From an uncultured bacterium (GTDB lineage: Bacteria; Hydrothermota; UBA3073; NMUJ01; CBEVQO01), in assembly GCA_965552055.1 (NCBI GenBank), contig CBEVQO010000001.1, positions 160,001 to 224,000 of the forward strand: 64,000 nucleotides of DNA, read 5' to 3'. The notes below the pieces were generated by a model. That model saw only the letters and a list, made by a program, of their open reading frames with translations, was not told where the DNA came from and searched no databases. The position numbers and the translations under genes are program-made. Below, piece after piece: positions 11,701 through 22,079 of the stretch; the first letter of the stretch is position 1, and every line of letters starts with the position of its first letter.

Positions 11701-11848
11701 ATTGAGAAAACAGAGAGAAAAATTTACAAATTTTTCCTTAAGAATAAAACTACAAAATTATTAATGTCTGTTCCCGGGATAGGCAAAAGCGGTTTATTAC
11801 AGTACCGCCTTCAAATTTAGTTGTCCATTAGAAGAAGCATAAATTTTG

Positions 11849-11875
11849 TTGACTTTCGAATAATCTCGCTATAAT
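11849..11875 (+). promoter_or_regulatory. sigma70-type promoter TTGACT-N15-TATAAT for guaD; GTG 4 nt downstream
   Basis: Hexamers read directly; no SD before the start. Confidence 0.75.
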
Positions 11876-11879
11876 TTTT

Positions 11880-13106
11880 GTGATTAAAATATGTTCAAAA
11901 ATAATAAACCCAATTTCTTTCGAAAAACTCGAAATTTTAAACCCGGGAACTTTAATAATTGAAAACGGAAAAATAAAAGATTTAACAGAAAAACTACCAG
12001 AGAAGGATTTTTTAGATTACACGAATTATCTTATATTGCCCGGTTTTGTGGACATTCACACTCATTTATCCCAGATAAATATTACGGGAAAGGGCGAAGA
12101 AGACCTGATAATTTGGCTTAACAAGATAGTTTATCCTGAGGAAGGAAAATTTGAAGCTGAAAATTATGCAAAATCTATGGCGGAAAAATTCTTCGATAAA
12201 TTAATCGAAAACGGCATAACCACAGCCGTCATTTATGTTACAAGCCACTATAAAGCAACAGAAGTAGCATTTGAGATAGCACAACAGAAAGGCTTAAGAG
12301 CATTTATCGGTAAAGTAATGATGGATACAAATTGTTTGCAAAGTGTTAAAAAATCGACAAAAGAGAATTTGGAAGAAAGTTTAAAACTTTATCAGAAATG
12401 GCATGCCAAGGATGACAGATTGTTTTATATCTTTACTTTGAGATTTGCGCCAGTGTGCTCAATTGAACTTATGAAAGAAACAGGTAGAATAGCAAAGGAA
12501 TTGAACTGTTACATACAAACACATTTAGCAGAAAGCAAAAAAGAAATAGAACTGGTTAAAAAATTATTTCCAGAGTATAAATCTTACACCCATTTATATC
12601 ACAAATGTGGAATAACAGGTGAAAAAACAATTTTTGCTCATTGTATTCATTTATCTGATGAAGAGATGGAAATCTTAAAAGATACAAATTCGAAAATAGC
12701 GCATTGTCCTTATTCAAATAGATTTTTGAAGAGCGGTAAATTCAGGTACAAGAAATTTAAGGATCTTGGTATAAAAATCGGACTTGGTTCGGACATCGCA
12801 GGCGGACCTTCGCTTTCGCCGTTCCGCCAAATATCAGAAGCAATTTTGACATCCAGAGATTTAAAAGAAGAATTGAATTATGAAATGACGATCGAAGAAG
12901 CACTTTACCTCGCAACAATGGGAGGCGCAGAAGTTTTAAATCTTCAAGAAAAAATCGGTAACTTTAAAAAGGGTAAAGAAGCAGACTTTATCGTGATAGA
13001 GACAGAAGAAAAAGATCCTCAGAGAGCACTCGAAAAATTAATCTTTTGTGATGAAAAATGGAAAATAAAAGAAGTCTGGATAAAAGGCAAAAAGATTTAT
13101 CCCTGA
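11880..13106 (+). CDS. guaD: Guanine deaminase (amidohydrolase family)
   Basis: PGFVDIHTH, RFAPVCS, IQTHLAE, AHCIHL, GLGSDIAGG. Confidence 0.85.
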   Translation: MIKICSKIINPISFEKLEILNPGTLIIENGKIKDLTEKLPEKDFLDYTNYLILPGFVDIHTHLSQINITGKGEEDLIIWLNKIVYPEEGKFEAENYAKSMAEKFFDKLIENGITTAVIYVTSHYKATEVAFEIAQQKGLRAFIGKVMMDTNCLQSVKKSTKENLEESLKLYQKWHAKDDRLFYIFTLRFAPVCSIELMKETGRIAKELNCYIQTHLAESKKEIELVKKLFPEYKSYTHLYHKCGITGEKTIFAHCIHLSDEEMEILKDTNSKIAHCPYSNRFLKSGKFRYKKFKDLGIKIGLGSDIAGGPSLSPFRQISEAILTSRDLKEELNYEMTIEEALYLATMGGAEVLNLQEKIGNFKKGKEADFIVIETEEKDPQRALEKLIFCDEKWKIKEVWIKGKKIYP

Positions 13107-13496
13107 TTTATTCAAAAATAAAAAGCAAAATAGAAAAAAGGCTAAGAGAATTTAAAGAAATTTCCAAATCTTCGAATCATGATATTTTTTGTGAATTAGT
13201 TTTTTGCTTACTCACTCCTCAATCCCGCGCCAAGATATGCTGGCAGGCAGTCTTAAACCTTAAAAGAAAAAATCTACTACTAAAAGGGAATAAAGAAGAA
13301 ATTTTGAAAGAATTGAAAGGAGTAAGATTTAAAAATAAAAAAGCTCAGTATAGAAGAAATTCCTAAAAATTTGACAAAGAAAAATTACCTTGAGATTGAA
13401 AATAAGATGAAAAAATTTGCAAAAGAGATAGGTATCCCTTTACCTCATCTTGATTTTGTCTTATGGTATAAAGAGACAGGGGAAATTTTCAAGTGA
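13058..13496 (+). pseudogene. ogg: 8-oxoguanine DNA glycosylase/AP lyase with an internal deletion and frameshift
   Basis: N-part FCELVFCLLTPQS...GVRFKNKKAQY; C-part IEEIPKNLTKKNYLEIE...HLDFVLWYKETGEIFK in another frame (13350-13496); HhH core absent. Confidence 0.8.
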
Positions 13497-13514
13497 TAAT
13501 TTTTCAATTTTCCC

Positions 13515-13541
13515 TTGACCTTTGGACTTCATGGTTATAAT
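13515..13541 (+). promoter_or_regulatory. sigma70-type promoter TTGACC-N15-TATAAT for the PerR-like gene; ATG 5 nt downstream
   Basis: Hexamers read directly. Confidence 0.75.
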
Positions 13542-13546
13542 AAATT

Positions 13547-13948
13547 ATGAAGGAGATAAAAAAATTTTTGAAAAATATAGGAATTTATCCCACGCCCCAA
13601 AGGGTAAAAATCCTCGAATACCTGAGAAGCACAAAAGAGCATCCAACAGCAGATATTATCTACGAAAAACTGAAAAAAGAATTACCCTATCTATCGAAGA
13701 CCACAGTTTATAATACTTTGAAATTATTCAAAGAAAAAGGAATCATCCAGGAGTTAACAATTGACCCAGAAGAGCGTAGGTTCGACGGAAACCCAGAACC
13801 CCATGTCCACTTCAAATGTTTGAAATGCGGAAAGGTTTTCGACATAAAAGACGAAATCAAAATCCAGAAGAAAGAAAAAATAGAAGGACACATAATAAAG
13901 GAAGTGCATCTGTACCTTAAAGGAATATGCAAAAACTGCCAAAAGTAA
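13547..13948 (+). CDS. Fur-family repressor, PerR-like
   Basis: TPQR, HPTAD, TTVYNTL, HVHFKCLKC, C-terminal CxxC; directly upstream of SOR and rubrerythrin genes. Confidence 0.88.
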   Translation: MKEIKKFLKNIGIYPTPQRVKILEYLRSTKEHPTADIIYEKLKKELPYLSKTTVYNTLKLFKEKGIIQELTIDPEERRFDGNPEPHVHFKCLKCGKVFDIKDEIKIQKKEKIEGHIIKEVHLYLKGICKNCQK

Positions 13949-13965
13949 TTTTAAAAAATTTTCAC

Positions 13966-13992
13966 TTGACAATTTACAATTATGGTTATAAT
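13966..13992 (+). promoter_or_regulatory. sigma70-type promoter TTGACA-N15-TATAAT for the oxidative-stress operon, overlapped by a candidate operator
   Basis: Perfect hexamers; AGGAGG RBS downstream. Confidence 0.8.
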
Positions 13993-14019
13993 GATTTGTA
14001 ATGAATACAAGGAGGTAAG

Positions 14020-15111
14020 ATGGAGTTGTTGGGAGATAGGAGGAAAAGGGTTAAGGAGTTGTTGAGGAGTCTGCATCGTGGAGAAGATGTTGAGAAGCTT
14101 AAGGATGAGTTGAGGGATATTTTAAAGGAATTGGAGCTTTCTGAGATTGTGCAGATTGAGGAAGAGCTCATAAAGGAAGGGGTTTCGCCGCAAGTCATTC
14201 GGGAGATGTGTGATGTCCATCTAAAGTTGTTTGAAGAAGCGCTGAGCAAGGTGAAGATTGAAGTGGAAGAATGGCATCCCATTTTCATTTTGATGAAAGA
14301 ACATGAGATGATTCTTGAAAATGCAAAAGCAGTAAAAGAAAATCCCGAAAAAGTGAATTTATTATCCGATGAAGAACACTATTTGAGAGAGGAGAATGTG
14401 CTTTTCCCTTTCCTTGAAAAACACGGAGTTACTCAGCCACCGGCTATAATGTGGATGGAACATGAAAACATTAAACAATTGAAAAAGGAATTACTGAAAG
14501 AGAAAAGCAAAGAGGTGGCAAATAAATTGCTCGAATTCCTTATCCTGCATTTCACAAAAGAAAACAAGATTCTCTTCCCAACCGCTTTGAAACTTCTTTC
14601 AAAAGAAGAATGGCTCGAAATACGGCACCAATTTGATGAAATAGGATATCCAATCTATAAACCTGCAAAAGTGGACCTCAAAGAGAAAGAAAAGGTATCA
14701 ACGGATGTGGATAAAGTAACATTTGACACAGGGGATTTTACAAAAGAGGAGCTGGAAGCCGTTTTAAATTCTTTACCGTTTGACATTACATTTGTAGATA
14801 AAGAGGATACTGTGCGGTATTTCAATCAGACAAAAGATAGGATTTTTGTGCGCACAAAGGCGGTACTTGGGCGCAAAGTGCAACAATGTCATCCTCAAAA
14901 AAGTATTCATCTTGTGAATAAAATTCTCTCGGAATTCAAAGAGGGTAAAAGAGAAGTCGCAGAATTTTGGATAAATTTTAAAGGAAGATTGATTTATATA
15001 AGGTATTTCCCTGTTAGGGATAGAAATGGAAATTATCTTGGATGTATCGAAGTCACCCAAGACATCACCGATGTCAAAAAAATTGAGGGTGAAAAGAGAC
15101 TGTTAAAATAG
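14020..15111 (+). CDS. DUF438 / hemerythrin-like / PAS domain protein
   Basis: MCDVH, HPI..LMKEH, HYLREENVLFP, MWMEH, DITFVD...CHP...EFWI. Confidence 0.85.
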   Translation: MELLGDRRKRVKELLRSLHRGEDVEKLKDELRDILKELELSEIVQIEEELIKEGVSPQVIREMCDVHLKLFEEALSKVKIEVEEWHPIFILMKEHEMILENAKAVKENPEKVNLLSDEEHYLREENVLFPFLEKHGVTQPPAIMWMEHENIKQLKKELLKEKSKEVANKLLEFLILHFTKENKILFPTALKLLSKEEWLEIRHQFDEIGYPIYKPAKVDLKEKEKVSTDVDKVTFDTGDFTKEELEAVLNSLPFDITFVDKEDTVRYFNQTKDRIFVRTKAVLGRKVQQCHPQKSIHLVNKILSEFKEGKREVAEFWINFKGRLIYIRYFPVRDRNGNYLGCIEVTQDITDVKKIEGEKRLLK

Positions 15112-15119
15112 GAGGGGCA

Positions 15120-15500
15120 ATGGCTGATAGAATGCAAATATATAGATGTGAAATTTGTGGCAATATCGTCTGTGTTTTGCATGGAGGCAAGGGTGAGTTA
15201 TACTGTTGTGGCCAACCCATGAATCTGCTTCAAGCCAAAACAGAGGAAGAGGGCAAGGAAAAGCATTTACCGGTTGTGGAAATATCGGAAGATAGGGTGA
15301 AAGTCAAAGTTGGCTCTATATCTCATCCAATGGAAGATAGACATTTTATTGAATGGATTGAGATTATGACAGATAAAGGCTGTTGCATACAGTTTTTAAG
15401 TCCAGGCGATGCTCCTGAGGCTGAATTCACAGCAGAAGATGTAAAAGCAGTCCGCGCTTATTGCAATATACATGGGTTATGGAAAAAGGAAGTATCATGA
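15120..15500 (+). CDS. dfx: Desulfoferrodoxin (superoxide reductase)
   Basis: CEICGN...CCGQPM, EKH.P, HPM...HFIEWI, YCNIHGLW. Confidence 0.95.
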   Translation: MADRMQIYRCEICGNIVCVLHGGKGELYCCGQPMNLLQAKTEEEGKEKHLPVVEISEDRVKVKVGSISHPMEDRHFIEWIEIMTDKGCCIQFLSPGDAPEAEFTAEDVKAVRAYCNIHGLWKKEVS

Positions 15501-16192
15501 AAATTTTGAGAGTAAAAGCAGATGTAGAAGCTATTTTCAAAAAGAGATTGAATAAATTTTTAGGAATTGTTGAAATCGAAGGTATAGAAGAAAAAGTTCA
15601 TATTCATGACCCCGGTCGTCTGGAAGAACTTCTTTATTCGGGTAATAAAGTCTTATTGAAAAACGCTACAAATCCTTTACGCAAAACTAAGCGGGATATC
15701 GTAGCAGCACAAAATAATGACAAATGGGTATTCGTGCATTCAGGTTATCATGGGAAAATTGCATACAATATTTTGAAATCGGATATAAGTCCGTTTGGAA
15801 AATTAGATGAAATAATTCCCGAAGTTAATTTTGATGGCACTCGCATTGATTTTTTGCTTAAAAAAGATGATAGAAGAATTGCAGTAGAAGTGAAAGGATG
15901 CACACTCTCGCAAAATAATGTTGCTCTTTTCCCTGACGCTCCTACTTTGCGTGGCACACGGCATTTACAAAAACTAATAGAACTTCTCAATAAAGGTTTT
16001 GAATGTGCCGTCATTATATTGATTTTTAGAGAAGAAAGTAAATATTTTATTCCAAATGAAAAAATGGATAAAAATTTTGCAGATATTTTCTGGGAAGCGG
16101 TAAAAAGAGGGGTTAAAGTTTTCCCGATTCTATTGAGATATGATGGGGAGAATATTTTTTACCTTGGTAGAATAAATTTAAAGGGAGGGTGA
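15497..16192 (+). CDS. sfsA: SfsA DNA/RNA nuclease (start placed at the ATG overlapping the dfx stop)
   Basis: [33 protein letters not shown]. Confidence 0.92.
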   Translation: MKILRVKADVEAIFKKRLNKFLGIVEIEGIEEKVHIHDPGRLEELLYSGNKVLLKNATNPLRKTKRDIVAAQNNDKWVFVHSGYHGKIAYNILKSDISPFGKLDEIIPEVNFDGTRIDFLLKKDDRRIAVEVKGCTLSQNNVALFPDAPTLRGTRHLQKLIELLNKGFECAVIILIFREESKYFIPNEKMDKNFADIFWEAVKRGVKVFPILLRYDGENIFYLGRINLKGG

Positions 16193-16193
16193 G

Positions 16194-16769
16194 ATGAAAA
16201 GTTTAAAGGGCACCCGGACTGAGAAAAATTTATTGACGGCATTTGCAGGGGAGTCGCAGGCAAGAAACAGATACACTTTCTTCGCATCACAAGCACGCAA
16301 GGAAGGTTATGAGCAAATAGCTGCGATATTCCTCGAGACAGCGGATAATGAGAAAGAGCATGCCAAAAGATTATTCAAATTTCTCGAAGGAGGCGCTGTT
16401 GAGATAACAGGAACATTCCCGGCTGGCGTGATAGGAAATACGAAAGAAAACTTAAAATCTGCTGCTGAAGGTGAAAATTATGAGCATACGAAGATGTATC
16501 CCGAATTTGCCAAAATCGCAGAAGAAGAGGGCTTCCCGGAAATAGCAGCGGTATTCCGTGCCATTGCAGTAGCAGAAAAATATCATGAAAAGCGATTTTT
16601 AAAACTGCTCGAAAATATCGAGAAAGATAGAGTATTTAAGCGTGATGAAGTCGTAAAATGGAAATGCAGGAATTGCGGCTATGTATTTGAAGGTAAAGGA
16701 GCACCTGAAAAATGTCCAGCATGCCAACATCCGAAAGCATTCTTCGAGTTATATCACGAAAATTATTAA
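16194..16769 (+). CDS. rbr: Rubrerythrin
   Basis: [31 protein letters not shown]...CPAC. Confidence 0.96.
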   Translation: MKSLKGTRTEKNLLTAFAGESQARNRYTFFASQARKEGYEQIAAIFLETADNEKEHAKRLFKFLEGGAVEITGTFPAGVIGNTKENLKSAAEGENYEHTKMYPEFAKIAEEEGFPEIAAVFRAIAVAEKYHEKRFLKLLENIEKDRVFKRDEVVKWKCRNCGYVFEGKGAPEKCPACQHPKAFFELYHENY

Positions 16770-17803
16770 TAGGTGAATTCTCTTAAAACTTTTGCAATGT
16801 AAGATACCTCTTTACATGTGAGTGAAGGATAAAGTGGAATTGATACTGCTTTTTTATAAATTTCCTCGGTAACTTCTAATTTTTCATTCTCAAAGTATAA
16901 ATGTAATGGTTTGTAAACCGGCTGCCGTGCTACAATGCCTCTTTCGTTTAGATAGCGCAGTAATTCTTCTTTTTTATCCGTTAAAACTATATATCTGAAA
17001 TATATATGTTCGCGAAAGGGCAAAGACATTGGCGGTTTTAATCCCTTTTCCAATAAAATTTCACTGTAACGCTTTGCTATCTCTTTTCTTCTTGATATAA
17101 ACCTTTTGAGCTTCTTAAACTGGCTTAAAATCAATGAAGCCTGAATATCTGTCATCTTATAATTGAATCTTATTTTATAATTTTCCTTTTCGTCATAATC
17201 TCTTAAATCTTTTATTTTTTCGATTAAATCCACATCGTTTGATAAAATTGCTCCTCCTTCTCCACCTGCTATCACTTTCGTCGCATAAAAAGATAAAATT
17301 GATACTCTTCCAAAAGTTCCGGTCAATCTACCTTTATAATGACAGCCTATTGAATGGGCACAGTCTTCAATTATTGGGATTTTCAATTTTAAAAATTCAT
17401 CGATATTAGCTGCGAGACCGAATAAGTGTGGCAAAATTATTGCCTTTGTATTCTCTTTTTTTCTTTTCGCAGCATCTTCAGGAGAAGGTGAAATTTCTTT
17501 TGCTATATCAAAAAATACAGGTTCTGCATTCAAATATTTCACTGCATTTAAAGGAGCAGAACACATAAAAGAGGGAAGTAACACGCTATCACCTGCTGAT
17601 ACCCCTAAAGAAAGCAAAGAGAGGTGCAGAGCAGCGGTACCAGATGATACGCAAACTGCTCCTCTTACTCCATAAAAATCCTTCAAAAAATTTTCCAGTT
17701 CTTTTACCTTTTTACCCTGAGAAAGACAACGCGATTTTAAAGCTATCACTACAGATTTTATATCTTTTTTATCTATATAGGGTCTTGAGTGAGGAATCTT
17801 CAT
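16766..17803 (-). CDS. DegT/DnrJ/EryC1/StrS sugar aminotransferase
   Basis: [32 protein letters not shown]. Confidence 0.92.
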   Translation of the reverse strand: MKIPHSRPYIDKKDIKSVVIALKSRCLSQGKKVKELENFLKDFYGVRGAVCVSSGTAALHLSLLSLGVSAGDSVLLPSFMCSAPLNAVKYLNAEPVFFDIAKEISPSPEDAAKRKKENTKAIILPHLFGLAANIDEFLKLKIPIIEDCAHSIGCHYKGRLTGTFGRVSILSFYATKVIAGGEGGAILSNDVDLIEKIKDLRDYDEKENYKIRFNYKMTDIQASLILSQFKKLKRFISRRKEIAKRYSEILLEKGLKPPMSLPFREHIYFRYIVLTDKKEELLRYLNERGIVARQPVYKPLHLYFENEKLEVTEEIYKKAVSIPLYPSLTCKEVSYIAKVLREFTY

Positions 17804-18752
17804 AAGCAATCTCCCATGGATTTCTAGTTCGAGGTAATCCCATCAATTCGGATATTGTCACTATTTTGAAGCCTTCTTTTAACAAAAATCTTATTATTTT
17901 TGGAAGCTCTTTTGCTGTTCTTTCTGCACCTATATGCATAAGAATTATTTTTCCTTTTAAATCTGTTTTATACAGATTTTTAAATCTCACAAGACTTTTC
18001 TCATATAGTTCTGGTGTGCTCTTATCTGCCCAATCGATGATATCGTAAGACCACCCCACATGTATAAATCCTGCTTCCTCAGCCCATCCAGCTATTTCTG
18101 GATTTATCTCGCCGTATGGAGCACGCCAAAATGGTGCAAAATGTCTCCCTGTTATCGTATAAAACAAACTATCACATAACAATAATTCTTTTTGAACAAA
18201 TTTTTTATTTACCCCGGGAGCTGTATCAAATCTTCTGTTTATCTCATAAGTTGTAAAATGTGGATGAGAATAAGTATGGTTTGCTGGTTCGTGTCTGGAT
18301 GCGATATATCTCGTTACTTCGGGAAAATTTTTAATGAACTGACCTGTTAAAAACATTGTGCATCTCAAATTGTACTTATCAAGTATTTCAAAGATTTCTC
18401 TACATGGAACTGCGTATCCTCCGCAATCAAATGTTAAAGCTACACATTTTTTATCGGGGTCTCCACATTTAACATTAAAGGCTCTTTTAATCGCAAAAAC
18501 CCTGAATAACTCAGTTTCTTTGCATTCATCATAAAATATTTTTATTTTAAACTTAAAAATGCCGGGCTGTAATTTTATCCATGCAAAAAGTGTATCTCTT
18601 ATTATTCTTCCCATTGTGTAAAATCTTCCATTAACAAAAATCAAAAAAGCTTTGCCTTCCGGGGAATACAATTTTATAGAAAAATTATCAGAATAAAAGG
18701 TCGAATCGCATAATAGTTTTGTTATAAGAGTTAAACTAATGAGATATTGCAT
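17769..18752 (-). CDS. Polysaccharide deacetylase (NodB-like) with an N-terminal extension
   Basis: ALTFD, NHTYSHPH, WRAPYG, IILMH. Confidence 0.85.
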   Translation of the reverse strand: MQYLISLTLITKLLCDSTFYSDNFSIKLYSPEGKAFLIFVNGRFYTMGRIIRDTLFAWIKLQPGIFKFKIKIFYDECKETELFRVFAIKRAFNVKCGDPDKKCVALTFDCGGYAVPCREIFEILDKYNLRCTMFLTGQFIKNFPEVTRYIASRHEPANHTYSHPHFTTYEINRRFDTAPGVNKKFVQKELLLCDSLFYTITGRHFAPFWRAPYGEINPEIAGWAEEAGFIHVGWSYDIIDWADKSTPELYEKSLVRFKNLYKTDLKGKIILMHIGAERTAKELPKIIRFLLKEGFKIVTISELMGLPRTRNPWEIAYEDSSLKTLYR

Positions 18753-19689
18753 CTCTTATTTTTACAGCGAGCTCCTGAATAGCATCTCTCCATAGCTGAA
18801 TATCGTATTCTATTTCCTTTTCTTCTTCTATTTCCTTTACAAATTTTTTCTCTTTGAGAGAGAAAATTTTACATTTTATTTTAACAAGTTGATTTTCTTT
18901 TGATACCTCACCTGTGATTATATATTCCACTTCCAATCTTCTACCCAGGTTTAAAAGTTCATCTTCTGTAAATTCGTATCCGGGTTTAGTGAGGCTTAAA
19001 TTTTCTCTTTCTCTTGAGATATCTTCTTTTTCTGGTATAGCGAATCCTGAGGAAACGAGTGCAGTGCTTAAATATACGGGTATTTTTTCACTATAATTCT
19101 CTTCCTTTGCTTCTTCGTTTAATTCTTTAAATTCGAGCACAAGTATTTTTGTTCTCTTTTCAGGTTTTGCTACTCCTTTTTTCTCGTATTCGCTGTTCAA
19201 TTCTTCGATCACTCTATCCGTGAGGTCAAGGTCTGGCTTCGCATAAACAACACCCATTCCTGCTACATCAAGGATTATGGTGTAACCTTCTTCCTCTGCT
19301 ATTCTTTTTAATATTTCCGAAACTTTTTCAACAAGCGGTTGCATTATCAATTTGTTTTGCTTCTCTGCTTCTCCTCCCGGACCCCATATCCTCTGTATAA
19401 ACTCCTGATATTCTTTCTGTAATTCTTCTAACTCTTTTTCTCTCTCTTTCAATGCTTCTTCGGATAGAAGCAATCTTTGAGATTCTATTTCTCTGTATTT
19501 TTCTTCTATCTTTTTTCGCATTTCTGCTGCTTTTTGCTGCCATTCCTGTAATTTTTTGTTCCATTCCGCCTCTAATCTCGCTCTGCCTTTATATTCCTGA
19601 AATATCCTTTGAGAATCTATATATCCTATTTTAACCGCACCCATCAAATCTGAAGCAAAAAGCACCAAAATAAAAGAATATTTACGCAT
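18736..19689 (-). CDS. OmpH/Skp chaperone fused to a C-terminal alpha/beta (CsgG/FlgO-like) domain
   Basis: Signal peptide, KIGYIDSQRI, long coiled coil, YTIILD...DLTDRVI, then about 145 extra aa with LGRRLEVEYIITGEV. Confidence 0.8.
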   Translation of the reverse strand: MRKYSFILVLFASDLMGAVKIGYIDSQRIFQEYKGRARLEAEWNKKLQEWQQKAAEMRKKIEEKYREIESQRLLLSEEALKEREKELEELQKEYQEFIQRIWGPGGEAEKQNKLIMQPLVEKVSEILKRIAEEEGYTIILDVAGMGVVYAKPDLDLTDRVIEELNSEYEKKGVAKPEKRTKILVLEFKELNEEAKEENYSEKIPVYLSTALVSSGFAIPEKEDISRERENLSLTKPGYEFTEDELLNLGRRLEVEYIITGEVSKENQLVKIKCKIFSLKEKKFVKEIEEEKEIEYDIQLWRDAIQELAVKIRDAISH

Positions 19690-20290
19690 TATCCCTCCTT
19701 CTTAATTTGTTTTTAACATAAAAGAAGCGGTACAGGGCAGTCCAGTTTGATAAAAATGCTATTAATGCAACAAAGTAAGGAAAAATTTTTTGCCCACAAA
19801 ATAGTCCTATCATCAATAAAAATATTCTTACACCTCGCTGTGTGAAACCTACTTTGCATTCCTGACCAAGACCTTCTGCTCTCGCACGAGTATAACTCAC
19901 CATATAGGAACCAAGTAAAGCAAAAAATATCAAAATTAAAATCCATAATTTATCGCGATAGTACAAAAGAGCTCCGAAATATATAAAAAATTCGCCATAT
20001 CTATCGAGAACAGAATCGAGAAAAGCGCCAAAGAGAGAGGTTTTACCAGTAGCCCGTGCTACAACACCATCTATCCCATCAAGCGGGAAAGCAAGAAGCA
20101 AAAATATACCTGCAAGCCAGAATTTTGAAAGACAAATAAATAATCCACATAAGACATTTGTAAGAAATGCCAGAAAAGTTACAAAATTTGGATGTATCCC
20201 TGCTTTTATAAAAGGAAGTGCAAGTTTATACAAAATTACATCTCTGCCTGATTGGGTAAATAACTCCTGAATAATTTCTTTAATTTTCAT
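19682..20290 (-). CDS. CDP-alcohol phosphatidyltransferase
   Basis: PNFVT; DGIDGVVARATG...GAFLDSVLDR motif; SYTRARAE. Confidence 0.9.
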   Translation of the reverse strand: MKIKEIIQELFTQSGRDVILYKLALPFIKAGIHPNFVTFLAFLTNVLCGLFICLSKFWLAGIFLLLAFPLDGIDGVVARATGKTSLFGAFLDSVLDRYGEFFIYFGALLYYRDKLWILILIFFALLGSYMVSYTRARAEGLGQECKVGFTQRGVRIFLLMIGLFCGQKIFPYFVALIAFLSNWTALYRFFYVKNKLRRRDNA

Positions 20291-20865
20291 CTTCCGATTT
20301 TTGGTTCTTCTCCTTTTATCAATCTTTTGATATTTGGTGTATGTCTTAGAATTACGATTGCAGCTCCTATTCCTGTCGTTATTATCAGAATACCGGATTT
20401 ACCGAAAATATAGCATAGAAAAGGTAAAGATGCGGATGCTATCATTGAGGATAAAGAGACTATTCTTGATATTTTAAGTGAGATAAGCCATATTCCAAAA
20501 GCGATTCCTGCCTGTGCAGGTATGATACCGAGGAAAGAGCCGAGTCCAACGGCAACACCTCTTCCGCCTTTAAAACGCAAATAAGGGGTAAATGAATGAC
20601 CTAGAACCGCAGAAACAGCACTTATCCCAGCCCAGAATTCCCCATAAAACTGATTGCAAATTAAAACAGGGATAAATCCTTTAAGTAAATCAAGGATAAA
20701 TACAACGATACCCCATTTTTTGCCACATACACGCGAAACATTCGTAGCACCTATATTGCCACTGCCATATTGCCTTATATCAACACCTTTTACTGCTTTT
20801 GTAATTAAATAGCCAAAAGGAATAGCTGATATGAAAAAAGTAAGTATTGGGAAAATTATTCCCAT
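20287..20865 (-). CDS. plsY: Glycerol-3-phosphate acyltransferase
   Basis: GSGNIGATN, DLLKG, GHS...FKGGRGVA, RH..NI.RL. Confidence 0.95.
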   Translation of the reverse strand: MGIIFPILTFFISAIPFGYLITKAVKGVDIRQYGSGNIGATNVSRVCGKKWGIVVFILDLLKGFIPVLICNQFYGEFWAGISAVSAVLGHSFTPYLRFKGGRGVAVGLGSFLGIIPAQAGIAFGIWLISLKISRIVSLSSMIASASLPFLCYIFGKSGILIITTGIGAAIVILRHTPNIKRLIKGEEPKIGR

Positions 20866-22079
20866 TTTACAAGCCGTATAGGTAATCCCCAGAGCTCAAA
20901 CCTTTCTCTTATCGCCCTTTCTATATATTTTCGTTCATTCTCCTTTAAATCTTCAGTAACTTTCACTTTGAAAGTGAGTGGCTCTATCCCTATCTGTACC
21001 ATTTTTTTGACTTTTTTCAATCTAAGCGATTGCACTATTTCTTTCAGGTCATCATTTGGATATGTTCTTCTTGCTTTTTTGTAAAGTTCTATCGCTTTAT
21101 CCAGAGGTTCGTAAATTCTTTCTCCCTTCAATGCTGATATGTAAAAAAGTGGCACAAAATATGCAAAATCAAGTTGATTTGGATGGAATTTTACTTCTTC
21201 GAGGTCTATTTTATTAACAGCGAGTATAAGTCCTTTTCCTTTTTCGAGCACAAGATTTATCAATCTTTTATCCTGCCGTGTTAAATGCTCTGTGCAATCA
21301 AGGAGCTGTATAGCCACATTACATCTTTCTATGGCTGACTCTGAGCGTAAGCTGCTAAAGTATTCTACTGCCGAATCAACACGAGAGCGACGACGCAAAC
21401 CAGGAGTGTCAACAAGCTGAATCAATCTACCTTTATACTCAAATGTTATATCAATAGAATCAACCGTTGTGCCGGGTTTTTCATCAACAATAAGCCTATC
21501 TTCTCCTATTATTTTGTTTATGTAAGTAGATTTCCCGACATTTGGTCTTCCGATGATTGCAATTTTTATCTTCGCTTCAGCAACAGGCGCACCTTCTACC
21601 TCTTTTTCTATCCTTCGTAAAAGAGAACTTATCCCCCTACCATGCAATGCAGATATCGGATAGATATCAAAACCAAATTTTTGAAATTCATATGCCCTTT
21701 TCAACCGCGAGTCATTATCTACTTTATTAACAGCAAGAATTACCTTTTTGCCGTATTTCCTTAAAAATTCCGCTATCTCTTCATCACCGCCTGTTATTCC
21801 ATCTTTTACATCTGTCATGAATATCACAAGGTCTGTCTTTTCGAGAAATTTTATTATCTTTTCTTTTACTTTCTCCTTTATTCCAGATATTCCATGTAGA
21901 ATTAACCCGCCTGTATCAGCGAGCAAAATTATTTTTCCGTCAAGATTAAGGGGTTTTATGTTTATGTCACGGGTAACGCCGGGGGTGTAAGAAGTTACTG
22001 CCTCTCTTTCGCCTATCAATCTGTTAAAAAGTGTAGATTTACCTACATTTTCTCTCCCGATTATCGTTACTAATCCCAT
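20856..22079 (-). CDS. der: Ribosome biogenesis GTPase Der (short C-terminal domain)
   Basis: Two tandem G domains: GRENVGKS/DTGG/NKVD and GRPNVGKS/DTPG/NKID. Confidence 0.93.
   Translation of the reverse strand: MGLVTIIGRENVGKSTLFNRLIGEREAVTSYTPGVTRDINIKPLNLDGKIILLADTGGLILHGISGIKEKVKEKIIKFLEKTDLVIFMTDVKDGITGGDEEIAEFLRKYGKKVILAVNKVDNDSRLKRAYEFQKFGFDIYPISALHGRGISSLLRRIEKEVEGAPVAEAKIKIAIIGRPNVGKSTYINKIIGEDRLIVDEKPGTTVDSIDITFEYKGRLIQLVDTPGLRRRSRVDSAVEYFSSLRSESAIERCNVAIQLLDCTEHLTRQDKRLINLVLEKGKGLILAVNKIDLEEVKFHPNQLDFAYFVPLFYISALKGERIYEPLDKAIELYKKARRTYPNDDLKEIVQSLRLKKVKKMVQIGIEPLTFKVKVTEDLKENERKYIERAIRERFELWGLPIRLVKWE

Noticed and set aside
11788..11808. GCGGT-N10-ACCGC hairpin upstream of guaD as a purine riboswitch or terminator
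   Set aside because: Only a 5-bp stem, no U tract, no purine-riboswitch core, and it lies upstream of the guaD promoter
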